Origin: an archaeon
Lineage (GTDB): Archaea; Asgardarchaeota; Thorarchaeia; Thorarchaeales; Thorarchaeaceae
Direction of reading: 5' to 3'
Assembly: GCA_024276825.1 (NCBI GenBank)
Contig: JAJRWI010000062.1
Location: 1-57,736 of the forward strand
Length of the DNA stretch: 57,736 nt
Part shown: positions 37,451 to 46,628 of the stretch, in pieces
How positions within the stretch are numbered: position 1 is the stretch's first letter
Layout: each line of letters opens with the position of its first letter
Translations under genes and position numbers: made by a program
Notes under the pieces: model-generated
The model's database searches: none
What the model saw: only the letters and a program-made list of their open reading frames with translations
What the model was told of the DNA's origin: nothing

Positions 37451-38467
37451 CTAGTTGTCCGTCAGAGCCCTATCAAGCAACGAGCAACATTCCTCGGACA
37501 TAATAATATTAAGTCCACGTTCTAGGGCATAATTGTAGCCGGCCTCAGTTGGATAAGCAATCGCACTTACTCCAGCATCTATTGCCAGACGATCGGTTTC
37601 TCGTCTATGTTCGCCATGAGGACGGGCACAACCAAGTATCGTTGGACGATCAGGCATCGCAAGTCGTGATGCCAGAATAACTCTTGCGATATCAAGTGGA
37701 CTTGCGGGAGTGGTCGATTCCATTGGCGTTCCATCAAGTGGCTTGAATGCAACCACAATCACAGAATCGGACTTGTGGCGAGATATCATTCTTATCGCTT
37801 CATCCTCACCTTTGAGTTGTCCGTAATGTAATCCCACTACAATATGAGGCATGATTGGAATGCCATTCTCTTCAAGTAGAGTGAGTGACTCTTCAAAAAC
37901 ATCCACTGACATATCAAGATGATAAATATCCTTCAATGTTTCTTCGGAACCGATAATGTCAAGCATCGCACCGTCAATTCCCACTGATGCCAAGGCTGAT
38001 GCAATCTCAGGGTAGACAACACCCGTGTGAACAACTATATCCAAATCCAGTTCTTTCTTCGCGCGCTTGAGAGTAGGAATATACTTCATCAGTGGAGTAT
38101 TTCCTTTTGGAGTGGAGCCGCCGCTGATGAGACAACCCTTGCCACCAGCTCTGTCAATCTCAAGCAGAGTTTCCCAGAGTTTCTCAGGAGTAGTTGTGGG
38201 GATCATGGTTTCCAGCAGGTGAGCGTTGCAATGTTCACAGTTCAATGAACATTGGGGTCCTGTGATTGATAGGCTTGGAAAGCGAAGCGGGTCTGTGGCC
38301 TCATAGAACTCTGTTTCATAATGTACCATACCAGGCATATGAAATGCAATCTTGTTGGAGAATTTTCTCCGTGATTCTTCAAAGGCCCGTGTGAAAAGCG
38401 GAGCGAGTGACTCTGCCGGACCATATAGGCAGGCATTAATTATATAATCAATATTATCAGTCTTCAT
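37451..38467 (-). CDS. lipS1: Radical SAM lipoyl synthase component LipS1
   Basis: CSLNCEHC, LGCARP and terminal CC motifs; adjacent to lipoate ligase. Confidence 0.8.
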   Translation of the reverse strand: MKTDNIDYIINACLYGPAESLAPLFTRAFEESRRKFSNKIAFHMPGMVHYETEFYEATDPLRFPSLSITGPQCSLNCEHCNAHLLETMIPTTTPEKLWETLLEIDRAGGKGCLISGGSTPKGNTPLMKYIPTLKRAKKELDLDIVVHTGVVYPEIASALASVGIDGAMLDIIGSEETLKDIYHLDMSVDVFEESLTLLEENGIPIMPHIVVGLHYGQLKGEDEAIRMISRHKSDSVIVVAFKPLDGTPMESTTPASPLDIARVILASRLAMPDRPTILGCARPHGEHRRETDRLAIDAGVSAIAYPTEAGYNYALERGLNIIMSEECCSLLDRALTDN

Positions 38468-39587
38468 CAAGTTCCAGCCCATCCACCTGATATGTTAATG
38501 AGTAATCGTTAAGCTGCTCACGAATCAGCTTCAGGTCTTCTTGATTAGGCTTAAAGGGGAAGTTTCGCCAGTGACCAATTGATGCTTGAGAAGGTGTACA
38601 GTTGCCAAAAGGCCTGTTGCAGGCGTATTCGACAGTATCACCCGAACATCCCGATGTCATGAAGGCCTCTCCATCATTAAGCAGTTCATCAAATGTTTCC
38701 TTGCTCAGTCCAAAGTCGATGATCTGATCAATCTCGTTAAATCTCATGTTTTCAAACCGACCGATTTCCTTGTTGATGATCAGGCGTGCAAGTTGAATCC
38801 GCCTATACATTCCTATTGGGGGTTGGGACTGGTCCTCAAGAAGAGACCCCTCTTCTGGGAAAAATGAGAACAGATGAGTATTGGCACCCATGTCCTGTGC
38901 TCGTTGAATGGTTTCAGCCATTTGTTTCTCAGTCTCACCGATTCCAACAATTAGATGGATTCCAACATTGCCTTTGCCAAATATCTCAACAGCATCACGA
39001 ATTGTCTGCCAGTATTTCTCCCACTTGTGAGGTCCACTGACACCCTGGCCGCGAAGCTTGTCAAAGAGCTCTGGAGTGGCTGCATCAACGGCAATTCCAA
39101 TCTTATCAACACCAGCATTCTTGGCCCTGACCAGCCAGTCCCTGTTGATAATTGTGGGAGTGATTAATAATGAGATATGATTGATGACTTCACTGAGTTC
39201 AGAGGCAACTGCAAGGCAGTCCTCGCGGGCACGACCCAAGGTTATCATTGAGATACAGACACGTTCAACATGCGGACATACACCCGAACGAATCGCCTCT
39301 TTCACGTCTTCTAGTGGGAAGACAGGCCAATCAACTCTAATGAATGAGTTATCGGTCCATTCGGTTTCGGTTTCCCTTGAACCAGAGAGACCGCAGTATG
39401 CACATTTTGCATGACATCCCTCATCATAAGTCAATAGAAGGTTGATGCAGTAAAGCTTTGCATCTCGATAGAACTTGCCAGGAATCTTTCCCATCGTGAT
39501 TGCAGCTGCAAGACTTGTTCGAACATATTCTGGAGACTCGCCATCATGGCAGGTCTTGTCTGAGGAGGATACATCGGGTGTTTCCAT
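38457..39587 (-). CDS. lipS2: Radical SAM lipoyl synthase component LipS2
   Basis: CHAKCAYC, TSGC...CNRP; same operon. Confidence 0.8.
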   Translation of the reverse strand: METPDVSSSDKTCHDGESPEYVRTSLAAAITMGKIPGKFYRDAKLYCINLLLTYDEGCHAKCAYCGLSGSRETETEWTDNSFIRVDWPVFPLEDVKEAIRSGVCPHVERVCISMITLGRAREDCLAVASELSEVINHISLLITPTIINRDWLVRAKNAGVDKIGIAVDAATPELFDKLRGQGVSGPHKWEKYWQTIRDAVEIFGKGNVGIHLIVGIGETEKQMAETIQRAQDMGANTHLFSFFPEEGSLLEDQSQPPIGMYRRIQLARLIINKEIGRFENMRFNEIDQIIDFGLSKETFDELLNDGEAFMTSGCSGDTVEYACNRPFGNCTPSQASIGHWRNFPFKPNQEDLKLIREQLNDYSLTYQVDGLELDED

Positions 39588-39645
39588 TGGTTTCCACCTG
39601 CATTGGTTGCACTTTGCAAGATATCACACTTCTTTATTATGATTT

Positions 39646-40740
39646 TCAAAGCTCTATTTCATTCATATCAATTCCAAATTTCGGAAATATAAGCTGTTTG
39701 ACTTCGAGCACGTTTTCTCGAACGATAGCCCAAATGTCATCATCATCATCGAATGGCGGTTGTTGAGATGGAGGAATGTAATCATGACCAGTGAGAATTG
39801 ACATGACAACGCCAACACCCCAACATAATGCATCTGGATGATAGCCTCCGCCTGAGAGCACGCACAGCTGTCCATTACTGTATCGGTGAGATGCATTATG
39901 AATGAATTCTGCAACATATGCAATCATGTCAGTTGTGAGGTTCAGGTGTGCAAGACGGTCCATATAATGAGCATCATAACCAGGCAAGAAGAGAATGAAT
40001 TCAGGCTGAAACTTTTCAATTAGTGGGGGCACGAGTTCATCGAAGGCGTACTTGTATACATTGTTTCCTGAGTCCATTGGAAAATGCATGTTAATATTAT
40101 ATCCAAGCCCTTCGCCAAGACCAATATCTTTGATATGTCCATCATGTGGATACAACCACTCTGGGTCTTCATGAAATGAGATGATCATGACATCAGGGTC
40201 AGACATGAAGTATCGTTGTGTTCCATTTCCATGATGCACATCAAAGTCGGCTATCATTATTCTCTGAATACCATTGCCTCGCAAATACTGAACAGAAGCA
40301 GCAAGGTCATTGAACACACAGAAACCACCGCCGCCATCATAATGGGCATGATGGAATCCGCCTGTGGGCGAGAGGACATGTTCAATTTCACCACGAAGAA
40401 TTGCTCTGATTCCTGAAATTGTCCCGCCTGTAGAGATGCGTGCAGTGTCATAAATACCCTTGAACCCGGGCGTATCAATAGATATCTCACCCTCACCAGT
40501 TTCGGACATCTTCTTCACTCTAGATATGTAGTCCTTTGAGTGTATTTTGGCCAAGAGTTCAAGGGGCAGAGGCTTTGGTTCAACTATTCTGACATTTGGT
40601 TGTGATAGAAAGCCAGCTTCTCTCAGAAAGTCATGAATCATCTGGAATCTACCAACTCTTATTGGGTGCAATCGGCCGAAGTCGAATCGTTCAAGCAATG
40701 GACTCCAAATGAAGCCAGTCTTACAGTGATCATTAGTCAT
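39646..40740 (-). CDS. Zn-dependent histone deacetylase / AcuC family protein
   Basis: HP..R, GGFHHA, GFCVFND, DFDVHHGNGT, GYDAH, GGGY. Confidence 0.93.
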   Translation of the reverse strand: MTNDHCKTGFIWSPLLERFDFGRLHPIRVGRFQMIHDFLREAGFLSQPNVRIVEPKPLPLELLAKIHSKDYISRVKKMSETGEGEISIDTPGFKGIYDTARISTGGTISGIRAILRGEIEHVLSPTGGFHHAHYDGGGGFCVFNDLAASVQYLRGNGIQRIMIADFDVHHGNGTQRYFMSDPDVMIISFHEDPEWLYPHDGHIKDIGLGEGLGYNINMHFPMDSGNNVYKYAFDELVPPLIEKFQPEFILFLPGYDAHYMDRLAHLNLTTDMIAYVAEFIHNASHRYSNGQLCVLSGGGYHPDALCWGVGVVMSILTGHDYIPPSQQPPFDDDDDIWAIVRENVLEVKQLIFPKFGIDMNEIEL

Positions 40741-40806
40741 TGGTTTGAAAATCTCTCCTCAAGTTTATATGCCTATAGAACAATACATCATATGGTGCAA
40801 AGGTAA

Positions 40807-42240
40807 TTGCGGATACACCCCGTTGCAAAGATCTCAACGCCGGCCAATGTGTATTCTGTTTATGTTCGTCAACGGAAGGATGCAAGGTCGCAGATCTTTT
40901 CGCTCGATTATAGTGATAGAATGAGAATCTATGATGCTCGTGGCACTCTCAGGTCCACAAGAAAGTGGAGCAGTGAGGTCAGATGCATAGCAGTAGCTGA
41001 TATTGAGGGCGAGGGCAAGGATGCGGTTGTGGGAGGAGTTGGTAAGAAGGTCCTTGTTGTAGACCATCGGGGAAGGCCAATCTGGAACATTACTCTTGAG
41101 AGTTCTGTTGTTGCATGCGATGCCAGAGACATTGATGGCGATGGTGCAGCTGAAGTCGTTGTTGCACTTCATAACAGAAGAGTGATTCTCTGGAATGACG
41201 ATAAGAATGCCCTGTTCAGTAAGACTATGGAACGACCCATAACTGATGTCTGGCTAGAGGACATCACAAATGATACAGAATTGGAAGTTGTCATTGCTGA
41301 TAAGAAAGGACATGTCACAATACTCACTGCAGCTGGCTATCAGATTAAGGAGTTGCGACTCGGTGATTCAATAACAGCATTCGCGGTGCTGATTTTTGGT
41401 GAAAGAAGGCTCTTTGTCACTGGGAATCATAGCAAGACCCTGAAGATTTGGGACATTGATGGGAATCAGATCACTCAGATAGAAGTAGGCGCACCGCCGA
41501 AAGCAATGGCGACTGGTATTCCCGATGATATTTCAGACATCGCTTACTTGGTTGTCAGTACAAAAGATAAGAAACTGAGCTTCTGGGAGATTCAAGAAAC
41601 GGGAGAGGTTTCGCAGACAGAGTCAATCATTCTTCAACAGATTGCTTCTACAAAAGACACAATCTATCGTAGGGCTATCAAGTGTGGAAACTGTGGTGCT
41701 CCGGTTTCACCCGAGTCAGAAGTCTGTGAGTCTTGTGGTGCTCATCTTGAAATCATGGCAGAATATGTGATTGAAGAATTCATACAAGAGAGCATTGACT
41801 CTATCACTTCTAAGCACCCTAGAATCAAGTTGAGAGACCTTGATAGAATTCTACGTAGAACTCTGCCCCGACCTGCAGCATACAACCTGAGACGTTCTTT
41901 GCAGGCAATGATCCAGAGCGGTACAATAGAGGGACATATTGAGGGAAACATGTTCATTCGTAAGAAGATTGCAAGGCGGGTGAAAGCATCAAGCATGAGC
42001 ACCATCAAAAGAGCGCTCAAAGTTGTGCAAGATATTCTTCAGGAAAACAACACCCTTGATGTTGAGATGGTAGAAAAAGAAACAGGAATCGACAGGAGCA
42101 TTTTACGAAGGACGATTCTAATACTTCTAGGAGAGGGTGAGATCAATGGAACTTTCTCCGATGAAACATTCACATTGGATTCCAATCAGGATGCAACTGA
42201 GTTCTTAGAAAAACTGAAGGCAGAACTTGTTCAGGCATGA
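40807..42240 (+). CDS. FG-GAP/WD40 beta-propeller plus zinc ribbon plus two winged-helix (PCI-like) domains
   Basis: DIEGEG, DIDGDG and DITND repeats, LKIWD, LSFWE; CGNC..CESC; two GxIxG-type wing motifs. Confidence 0.7.
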   Translation: MRIHPVAKISTPANVYSVYVRQRKDARSQIFSLDYSDRMRIYDARGTLRSTRKWSSEVRCIAVADIEGEGKDAVVGGVGKKVLVVDHRGRPIWNITLESSVVACDARDIDGDGAAEVVVALHNRRVILWNDDKNALFSKTMERPITDVWLEDITNDTELEVVIADKKGHVTILTAAGYQIKELRLGDSITAFAVLIFGERRLFVTGNHSKTLKIWDIDGNQITQIEVGAPPKAMATGIPDDISDIAYLVVSTKDKKLSFWEIQETGEVSQTESIILQQIASTKDTIYRRAIKCGNCGAPVSPESEVCESCGAHLEIMAEYVIEEFIQESIDSITSKHPRIKLRDLDRILRRTLPRPAAYNLRRSLQAMIQSGTIEGHIEGNMFIRKKIARRVKASSMSTIKRALKVVQDILQENNTLDVEMVEKETGIDRSILRRTILILLGEGEINGTFSDETFTLDSNQDATEFLEKLKAELVQA

Positions 42241-42308
42241 ATTGTTCGAATCCAAAATATTACATGGAAACGAAGTGAGTTTGATAATGCAAGAAGGAGG
42301 AAAATTGC

Positions 42309-45158
42309 GTGGACATTAGCAAGAGGATAATAATCATTTTTGTAACGGTTTCTTTAATTCCCATTTTAGTAATATCAGCAATCTCAGGATACACTATCTT
42401 TGGTGTGTCGCAAGAGAATGCCAACGACTCATCTCAGGCACTTCAAGCAGAAGAGCTTGCAAACCTGCAGAGGATTTCATCTGATACTGCTTTGTTCATT
42501 GATGAACGAATGCAACAGTATTTTGATGGAGTCTATATGATGGAACATTATGCAGAAGATCTGTTCAATGATAGAATCAATGCAACACCAAGATATTCCT
42601 ATTTTTGGGACCCCGTGCTTGAAGCAGGGAGGGGGCACCCAGTACCTGGCCTTACATCAGACTATTATGATATCTACGAGTCTACGCAGATCTCCTTTGA
42701 TGTGAGTTGCTATTACATGCCCCGCAGTTATTATCAGACACCAGGAGACCCATTTGATTGGAGTCCTAGTACACAGTACTTTATCGAGAAGTCAAGTAAT
42801 ATGGATAATGTGTTCAAGGCTCTTCATCAGATGAGCTCAGACTATATCTGGCTTTACATGGGGTTTGATGATCAGTATTGTGACAGCCACTTGTTTCGGA
42901 ACTATCCCTATGACAATCTAGAGTACTTCCTTAACTGGTATGGACCCGATGATGACTATGACCCACTTCGTGAAGACTGGTACAACAATGCTGCCAGTTT
43001 TACAAACGACTCAATAGCATTTACAAAACCTTATGGAGACCCATCTACAGGACTTGTCATATCAATGGGCAGACCTGTAAGGTTTGATAACGGCTCTCTA
43101 TTTGGAGTAGTTTCTGCGGATGTCACAATTGACACTCTTGTTTCCAGTGTGACAAACATCCAAGTTCTAGAGAGTGGCTATGCGTTCCTTCTCACTGATG
43201 ATGGTGATGTAATTACACATCCTGATTATGCAGAAGAAGGTCAGACAATATATGATCTTGAGTTTGGATCTTCAACAAGTCAGGAAGCCACTCAGTTTCA
43301 TCAGGTCATGACTAGCATTCTGAATTCGGCTTCAGGGCTTACAGAGTATTACAAGAACGGAAAGAAATGGTATCTTGCATTTACCAAGTCTTCCGTGACT
43401 GGCTTTGTACTTGCAATCGTTGTTCCCGCCAATGAGGTGATTCAACCCGCCCTGGATATTCTGAGCCTTGTGCAGAATAATACAATGACTATGACTATCA
43501 TACTCATTGGAGTTCTTGCACTGGTGGCAATCGTGGTGACCAAGGCATCATATAGCAAGGCAGAATCTGTTGTTAGACCCATTAAGGACATGACTACGCT
43601 TGTCAGGAAAATGGCCAAGCAGGACTTCACTCGAAGTGTGTATACTTCAGGTGCCATGTACGAGGAGGTGGGCACTACAGTAGATGCCCTGCTGAGCTTC
43701 CAAGAGGCATGCCGATTCGGAAATGAGGCATTTATCAGAGGGGATCTGAACAGGGCACTTTCCAACTATCAAAACCTCCTCGAGATAAGTCAACGTCTGA
43801 ACATTGAGGTCGGCGTCCAGACCATGTATCTGAACATCGGAAATGTGTTCAGACAACGTGGTGATGTTGATGACGCGCTGGATTATTACAACAAGGCGCT
43901 TGAGATTGCCAAGAAAATGCTGGAGAGAGCAAAGGAGCATGGCGCCAAAGAGGATGATGCATTAAACAGGATTGCCTCAGCATATCATAACATCGCACTT
44001 GTGGAGATGGACATGGAGAATTACGAGGAGGCAATTAGGTATCTGGAGGATGCAGAGGCCATCGACAAGACTCTAGGAAATATGAGAGGTCTTGCAAAGA
44101 GGTATGATGCTATGGGTCTTGTGTTCATGCATCAGGGTCGTGACAGTGAGGCACTCAGTAAGTTCAATGAAGCGATTAAGATTGCTACTGAGGAGCAGTA
44201 TGACAGGAGTCTTGCATACATACATTTCCACCTCGGCGAGTTCTACTTCGGACAGGAGAGATGGAGGGATGCTGAAGAGGAGTTCAGTAAGGCAATTGAG
44301 CTTGGGAAGAGGACTGATGAGATGTGGCTCGTAGTGTATGCTATGAACAACCTTGCTGAGGTCTATGATCAACTGGACAAGTCCAGTCATGAGCTGAGAG
44401 TAAAGGCAGAAAGGCTTCGAAGATCAATTCAGTATAGAAAGAGCGTGACATTTGTCATTGACTACTCTGGGAGCATGCGTGCAGAGGGACGAATCAAAGC
44501 TGCAATTGCTGGTGCGAAAGAGATACTCGACACCCAGATTAACCCTCAAGACCAAGTGGGAATCATCGTGTTCAATGCATCCTATAGGGAGTTGCTACCA
44601 TTGACTCCTAAGGGTGACTACGGTGATCCCAATGACAGCCCAATCATTCGCGCACTCGATTCATTGAAATACCCCAACAGTTCAACAGCATTCTACGACG
44701 CACTTGGAAAAGCCCTTGAAGAACTCGATAAGGTTGAATCAAGTGAGCATCGATGGATCATAGCACTCACAGATGGTGAGGACAATAGCTCCAAGAAGTA
44801 TTCACTTGATTGGATAGAGGGAATCTATTCTGAGAAAGATCGAATGAAGAGGAGGAAGAAGGCACGTCCGACAATTGAGGGATTCATCAAGGAGAAGCAT
44901 CTTGATGTGAACTTGATCATAATCGGTGTGGGTGGCGAATTGAGAAAGATTGTGGATCCACCTGTGCGCTCCAAGGAAACAGGCGAATACCTCACAATTG
45001 AGGATCTTCTGAAATCAGTCTGTGATCATGTGCCTCAGGGACAGTATATCTCTGTTGTACACAGCAGGGATGTGAAAGCTGATATACAGAGAGCATTCCA
45101 GCAGGTTGGAGTCATGATGGCCCAGTTGGAGGTGGGTGGATCAACAGTGGACTATTAG
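42309..45158 (+). CDS. Membrane receptor: TM-dCache_1-TM-HAMP-TPR-vWA
   Basis: Two TMs flanking a Cache region (YDPLREDWY, PYGD, GVVSADV, SGYAFLL..G.VITHP); HAMP (VRPIKDM...EEVG); TPRs; vWA with intact MIDAS (DYSGS, TAFYDA, TDGEDN). Confidence 0.85.
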   Translation: MDISKRIIIIFVTVSLIPILVISAISGYTIFGVSQENANDSSQALQAEELANLQRISSDTALFIDERMQQYFDGVYMMEHYAEDLFNDRINATPRYSYFWDPVLEAGRGHPVPGLTSDYYDIYESTQISFDVSCYYMPRSYYQTPGDPFDWSPSTQYFIEKSSNMDNVFKALHQMSSDYIWLYMGFDDQYCDSHLFRNYPYDNLEYFLNWYGPDDDYDPLREDWYNNAASFTNDSIAFTKPYGDPSTGLVISMGRPVRFDNGSLFGVVSADVTIDTLVSSVTNIQVLESGYAFLLTDDGDVITHPDYAEEGQTIYDLEFGSSTSQEATQFHQVMTSILNSASGLTEYYKNGKKWYLAFTKSSVTGFVLAIVVPANEVIQPALDILSLVQNNTMTMTIILIGVLALVAIVVTKASYSKAESVVRPIKDMTTLVRKMAKQDFTRSVYTSGAMYEEVGTTVDALLSFQEACRFGNEAFIRGDLNRALSNYQNLLEISQRLNIEVGVQTMYLNIGNVFRQRGDVDDALDYYNKALEIAKKMLERAKEHGAKEDDALNRIASAYHNIALVEMDMENYEEAIRYLEDAEAIDKTLGNMRGLAKRYDAMGLVFMHQGRDSEALSKFNEAIKIATEEQYDRSLAYIHFHLGEFYFGQERWRDAEEEFSKAIELGKRTDEMWLVVYAMNNLAEVYDQLDKSSHELRVKAERLRRSIQYRKSVTFVIDYSGSMRAEGRIKAAIAGAKEILDTQINPQDQVGIIVFNASYRELLPLTPKGDYGDPNDSPIIRALDSLKYPNSSTAFYDALGKALEELDKVESSEHRWIIALTDGEDNSSKKYSLDWIEGIYSEKDRMKRRKKARPTIEGFIKEKHLDVNLIIIGVGGELRKIVDPPVRSKETGEYLTIEDLLKSVCDHVPQGQYISVVHSRDVKADIQRAFQQVGVMMAQLEVGGSTVDY

Positions 45159-45167
45159 GAGGCGATT

Positions 45168-46619
45168 ATGATGGCGAAGACACCAGAATATACAAAGAAG
45201 AAGGGCAGTTTCCGAAGAAATGTGGTTGCCACATTCTTATTGATATCTGTTGTTTCATTGGGAGTGACTGGCGTCATTTCATTGAGCTTCTTCAATATAA
45301 TAGGGAACTATACGACTAACGAGAGTGCTAATGCGCTTAAGACACAGATTGAGAGAAACATGGAGCAGACAGCTGAACAGAATGCCCTTGTTATAAGACA
45401 GAAACTTGAAACTGCAGAATCGTTTGTGAGAACCATGGCTGAGGAATGCGAGGGTTTGTTTGCTAGTGATTCAACATTTCAACCCAGAGAAGTGTATTAT
45501 GACTACTTCTTCGAAAATCCCCTCGAAGGCCCGGCACCGTCTGACCTTCAGTGGGACAGTTGGAGAAATGTATGGCTCTCTTGGAACTACAGTAGTTGGT
45601 ATGTTCCCGGATCTAATTCCATAAACTACATTGATTACGAGAATCAGTATAGTGACATTTTACACAAGATATCAAATCTTGACTATATGTTCAAGTACAT
45701 TCACAATCAGGCACCCGAGTTCAGATGGCTCTATGTTGCATTCAGAAATGACATCTTCATCAATTATCCTGGAAGCATTGTGGGAGGCAGCAACGCGGAA
45801 CGGAACAATCCCGCTCAGCAGTTCAAAGCATCACAAGAAGAGTGGTACAGTGCAATCCTCGCGGGTCAGGGAGCTATTGTTTATGATGGCCCCTATTATG
45901 ACCCAATTGATGGAGTGCTATTGCTCTCAATTGGAAGAGCATTCTATCATGAGAATGGTACTGCATTGGGAATAATTGCTGGCGACATAACTGTCGATGA
46001 CATAAAATCAAAGGTCTTGGATGTGCGTGTGCTCGAGAGCGGCAATGCATCCCTGATCACAGCAGATGGCAGAATCGTTGCCCATCATGAGGTGAATGAT
46101 GCTGTCTATGCATACTACGAGCCGGATCTGCCGCCACTTTCAGACTTTGAAGCGGTTTCAGCAGCACAGATAGTACAGATAACTTCAGGAAACAGCGGGA
46201 CGATTGAATACACGGATAATGGAGAAGACATGGTCCTTGCCTATGCCCCTGTTGGAGTTGGAGGATACATCTGCATTATCATCGTGCCTGTTGATGAGGC
46301 CCTAGCGGCCATACCACAACTGCAAAGTAGGATAAATGAGACAAACAGTTCAGCGACCCTGTTCATCCTTGCAATAACGGTTGGTGGTATCGTGCTTGCT
46401 GGTGCGGCGGCTGTTGTTGTGACCAATCAGATAGCACGTCCCCTTCAGTACCTGATGGACCTTGCCATGAGAAATGTGGAGGCAATGATCAAGCAGGAGG
46501 ATATGAGTGCCGAGGACTTGCAGGTGGACACTTCATTCACCGAGCAGGATGACGAGATCGGAGAACTGGCACGTGCATTTCAGGGTATGCTAGAAACAAT
46601 CAGAGAAGATGAAGAGTAG
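45168..46619 (+). CDS. Membrane receptor without output domain: TM-dCache_1-TM-HAMP
   Basis: FKASQEEWY, PYYD, GIIAGDI, SGNASLI..GRIVAH; ends right after HAMP (DDEIGELARAFQGML). Confidence 0.85.
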   Translation: MMAKTPEYTKKKGSFRRNVVATFLLISVVSLGVTGVISLSFFNIIGNYTTNESANALKTQIERNMEQTAEQNALVIRQKLETAESFVRTMAEECEGLFASDSTFQPREVYYDYFFENPLEGPAPSDLQWDSWRNVWLSWNYSSWYVPGSNSINYIDYENQYSDILHKISNLDYMFKYIHNQAPEFRWLYVAFRNDIFINYPGSIVGGSNAERNNPAQQFKASQEEWYSAILAGQGAIVYDGPYYDPIDGVLLLSIGRAFYHENGTALGIIAGDITVDDIKSKVLDVRVLESGNASLITADGRIVAHHEVNDAVYAYYEPDLPPLSDFEAVSAAQIVQITSGNSGTIEYTDNGEDMVLAYAPVGVGGYICIIIVPVDEALAAIPQLQSRINETNSSATLFILAITVGGIVLAGAAAVVVTNQIARPLQYLMDLAMRNVEAMIKQEDMSAEDLQVDTSFTEQDDEIGELARAFQGMLETIREDEE

Positions 46620-46628
46620 TGTGTTATA

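Noticed and set aside
42309-45158. Direct ortholog of the calcium-channel alpha2delta subunit
   Set aside because: The vWA follows the second TM, HAMP and TPRs (cytoplasmic) instead of being inserted in the extracellular Cache domain
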